Shown one piece after another: positions 61,701 to 64,000 of a DNA stretch of 64,000 nt. A program made the translations under genes and the position numbers. Below the pieces are notes generated by a model. It was given only the letters and a program-made list of their open reading frames with translations, made no database searches and had not been told where the DNA came from. The DNA lies in IMG/VR virus record IMGVR_UViG_3300012943_000029, positions 92,922-156,921 of that record, one strand, 5' to 3'. Position 1 is the stretch's first letter. Each line of letters begins with the position of its first letter. The DNA is from a virus.

Positions 61701-62712
61701 TCCTCAAGTAGGAGCCATCGGCGGCTTGGATGCGGAAGATCGTCTTCATATGAGGCACAGCGCGCAGATGCCGGTCATGAAGTAGCAGAAGCAGGCAGTC
61801 GAGTGGCCGCGCTTCTGGTATTCCCAGCGCGAACCGACCAACAGGCAGATACCGACTGTGACGAGCAGCCAAGTTGGCATCATGATACCAACCTCGCTTC
61901 ATCTTCGACGGTGAACCGGTACTCGGGATATTCGTACCAGCCGCCATCGTACCAATCCTGCTCGAAGCGGATCTTGCGACGGATCCAATGGAGCCACACG
62001 CAGCGGTTTCCGATGCGGCGTGGCCACAAGCAGTAGAATGCATGCCATTGGCTGAGGCGCGTTTTTCTGTCTGCCGTGCGGGCTTCGAAGCGCTCACCGA
62101 TGCTTGGACCACAGTCAACGATCATATCAGCTCCCCATTCCAAATGTGATGGTCTTCTTCTTGCGATCGATGTGGATGGCCTCGAAGACGAGGTCCTCGA
62201 TGACGTGGCCCCAGATACCGTGTGAGCCGTTTGACTGCTGACGGTTCAGCATGCCAGGGATCATGCCTGTCTTGTGACCAACCGAGTGGTCCTCTTCCTG
62301 GTAGATGCATACGTAGTCGGCGTGGCCAAGAGCGAGCAGCTCCTTCGCGTCCATCTCCTCGGTGAGGTCATGGCGGAACTTGGCCGTGTGGGACAGCGGG
62401 TAGTCGTACTCGAAGGTGTACTTGCCGCTCAAGCCGAGTGGGCCGGCTGTTGGCAGCTCGGCGCCGTCGATGATCAGCTCACGTTCATTGTTGAGGTAGT
62501 CGCGCGTGGCTTCGGAAACATACACGCTGCACTGCAGCGAGGTGCGCGGCAGGTGGTGAACGCTACCCATGAGCCACAACCGCGTAGATGTTGAAGGCGG
62601 CTGCCGCGAGGAACAACCAGAACCATTTCGTGGTTCTCTTGTTGCGGAAGACTTCGCGAAGCGCCATGCAGATCATGACGATGATGACAAGGTATGAGAG
62701 CGTGTGGTTCAT
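58706..62712 (-). other. Array of small hypothetical and membrane genes
   Basis: Abutting ORFs (58706-59290, 59242-59646, 59646-59945, 60523-61131, 61131-61499, 62127-62579 and others). Confidence 0.55.
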
Positions 62713-63998
62713 GAGTACTTGAACTCCTTCAGTTCGCGGCGGTACATCTCGTCGGCGGTGTCTGCCTTCAGGCTGGCGAGGTACACCTTGAACTCGCCGA
62801 TCTCCTTCTTCAGCTCGTCGATCTTGTCCTTCGTGAGGGTCCAGATCGCCATCTGCAGCAGGCGGTCGTAGTCGTCAAACTTGTTCTTGAGCAGCAGCTC
62901 GATGAGGTCGTCCTTCTTCTTGTTGCGGAACTTCTCGACGTTGTCGAGGTAGAAGAGAACGAAGCGCAGCTTCTCGCTGAGCCAGCGGATGCTCTCGCTT
63001 GTATCGCCGATCAGCTTCTGCCGACGGTCCTCGTAGCGAGCTACCCGCCAGGTGGTGAACTGCTCGATGATCTGCTCAACGCTGTCGAAGCGGCGGAGGT
63101 GGCCGTCGATGTCCCACAGCGTGTAGTTCTCGGTGTCGCGCGCGACCAGCTTGAACTTGCGATACAGTTCCTCGATCTCGAGGGCCGTTGTGCTGCGCGG
63201 GACGGTGATGGTGAAGTCGAACCGCGTTTCATCGGTCTTGCCGATGTCGTAGTCCTTGACGAACCCATTTTCCTCGAGCTTGTGGAGCGTGTCCTTGAAG
63301 TCGTCGAGGTAGACGCCAACCGGAAGTTCGGTCACCTTGATGGTGGTCGAGTTGACGACCTCCAACTTTCCGGTGATCATGACCTGTCCAGTTTCTGGGT
63401 TGCGCTCGATCGTACCGCTGAAACCCTTGTACCACGGCGTCAGCGAGCCGGCCTTCAGCTTCTTGCCATCGAGAACCTTGATGACGGCGTCTCGCACCTG
63501 CAGTGGGTGGTAGGCCATGATCAGCGAGGCGTGACCCGTGCCGGTGCCGATCGAGCCGTTGATGAGCGTGATTGGCAGCAGCGGCATGTACGTCTTCGGC
63601 TCGATCTTCTCGCCGTCAGTCTCGTTGTGCTCGAGGATGGCGTCATCGGCCTTGGGGAAGAGCGCGCGGAAGTAGGGTGAGAGCTTCGTTTCGATGTACC
63701 TTGCGGCGGCAGGCTCTGCTGTCAGGCGGCTACCGAACTGACCCTCAGGCAGGAAGAGGTTCATGTTGTTGGCACCCGCGTAGTTCGTCGCGAGACCAAC
63801 GATCGTGCTCTGCATTGAGCCAATGCCGTGGTGGTAGTCAGTCGATGCGGCGATGGCGGCGGCGAGGCGCTCGACCTGGATCAGGCCCGCATTTTCACCG
63901 CGAAGGAAGGTACCGTAGAGCGCCTTGCGCTGCGATGGCTTGAGGCCGTCGGTCAGGAATGGGATTGAGCGAACGTTGTCGTACAGCGAGAACTCCTT
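62709..63998 (-). CDS. DNA topoisomerase II, GyrA/ParC-like subunit (T4 gp52-like), 5' end outside the window
   Basis: Open frame to the window edge with RSIP..DGLKPSQRK, YHHG, GQFGSR, catalytic AAARYI, NG..G.GTG, V.ELP. Confidence 0.93.
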   Translation of the reverse strand, partial: KEFSLYDNVRSIPFLTDGLKPSQRKALYGTFLRGENAGLIQVERLAAAIAASTDYHHGIGSMQSTIVGLATNYAGANNMNLFLPEGQFGSRLTAEPAAARYIETKLSPYFRALFPKADDAILEHNETDGEKIEPKTYMPLLPITLINGSIGTGTGHASLIMAYHPLQVRDAVIKVLDGKKLKAGSLTPWYKGFSGTIERNPETGQVMITGKLEVVNSTTIKVTELPVGVYLDDFKDTLHKLEENGFVKDYDIGKTDETRFDFTITVPRSTTALEIEELYRKFKLVARDTENYTLWDIDGHLRRFDSVEQIIEQFTTWRVARYEDRRQKLIGDTSESIRWLSEKLRFVLFYLDNVEKFRNKKKDDLIELLLKNKFDDYDRLLQMAIWTLTKDKIDELKKEIGEFKVYLASLKADTADEMYRRELKEFKYS

Positions 63999-64000
63999 GA

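Noticed and set aside
62709-63815. Truncated or split topoisomerase gene
   Set aside because: The frame stays open to the window edge, so the short ORF call is an edge artefact
1-64000. tRNA genes and stop-codon reassignment
   Set aside because: GGTTCGA-like hits fall inside coding regions without a cloverleaf; recognisable genes are intact under the standard code. tRNAscan was not run

Overview
This 64-kb window is from a large dsDNA bacteriophage, probably a jumbo myophage with T4-like features, and uses the standard genetic code. It has no recognisable rRNA, tRNA, CRISPR array, integrase or IS element. About 0.5-16 kb is a minus-strand virion module (probable baseplate protein, tail-fibre-like proteins, a DUF4376-like assembly protein, a YiiX-like amidase) plus PhoH. 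About 16-44 kb is a dense minus-strand array of small accessory genes (macro domain, MazG-like, thymidylate synthase, S24/S26 peptidase, MoCo-carrier-like, DnaJ, stand-alone PPDK_N, DUF262, AAA ATPase, GNAT), interrupted by one plus-strand Gly-rich fibre gene. The window ends inside a T4 gp52-like topoisomerase II subunit. Two promoter classes are visible by eye: T4-late-like (T/A)TAAATA boxes, and sigma70-like promoters with an extra TTAACATAA box. The most striking signal is an expanded family of about 13 genes, mostly at 44-56 kb. Many start with a leader resembling the T4 internal-protein capsid-targeting sequence (MTTFKQFIAE, MKVHDLLE, MKFSELLE and others), sit behind late promoters and share short helical domains. 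One 647-aa member looks like a six-domain polyprotein whose linkers all end in [VIL]-x-E, the T4 prohead-protease consensus. This suggests an undescribed set of capsid-packaged, protease-matured proteins injected with the DNA. All family assignments come from motif recognition by eye, not database searches.
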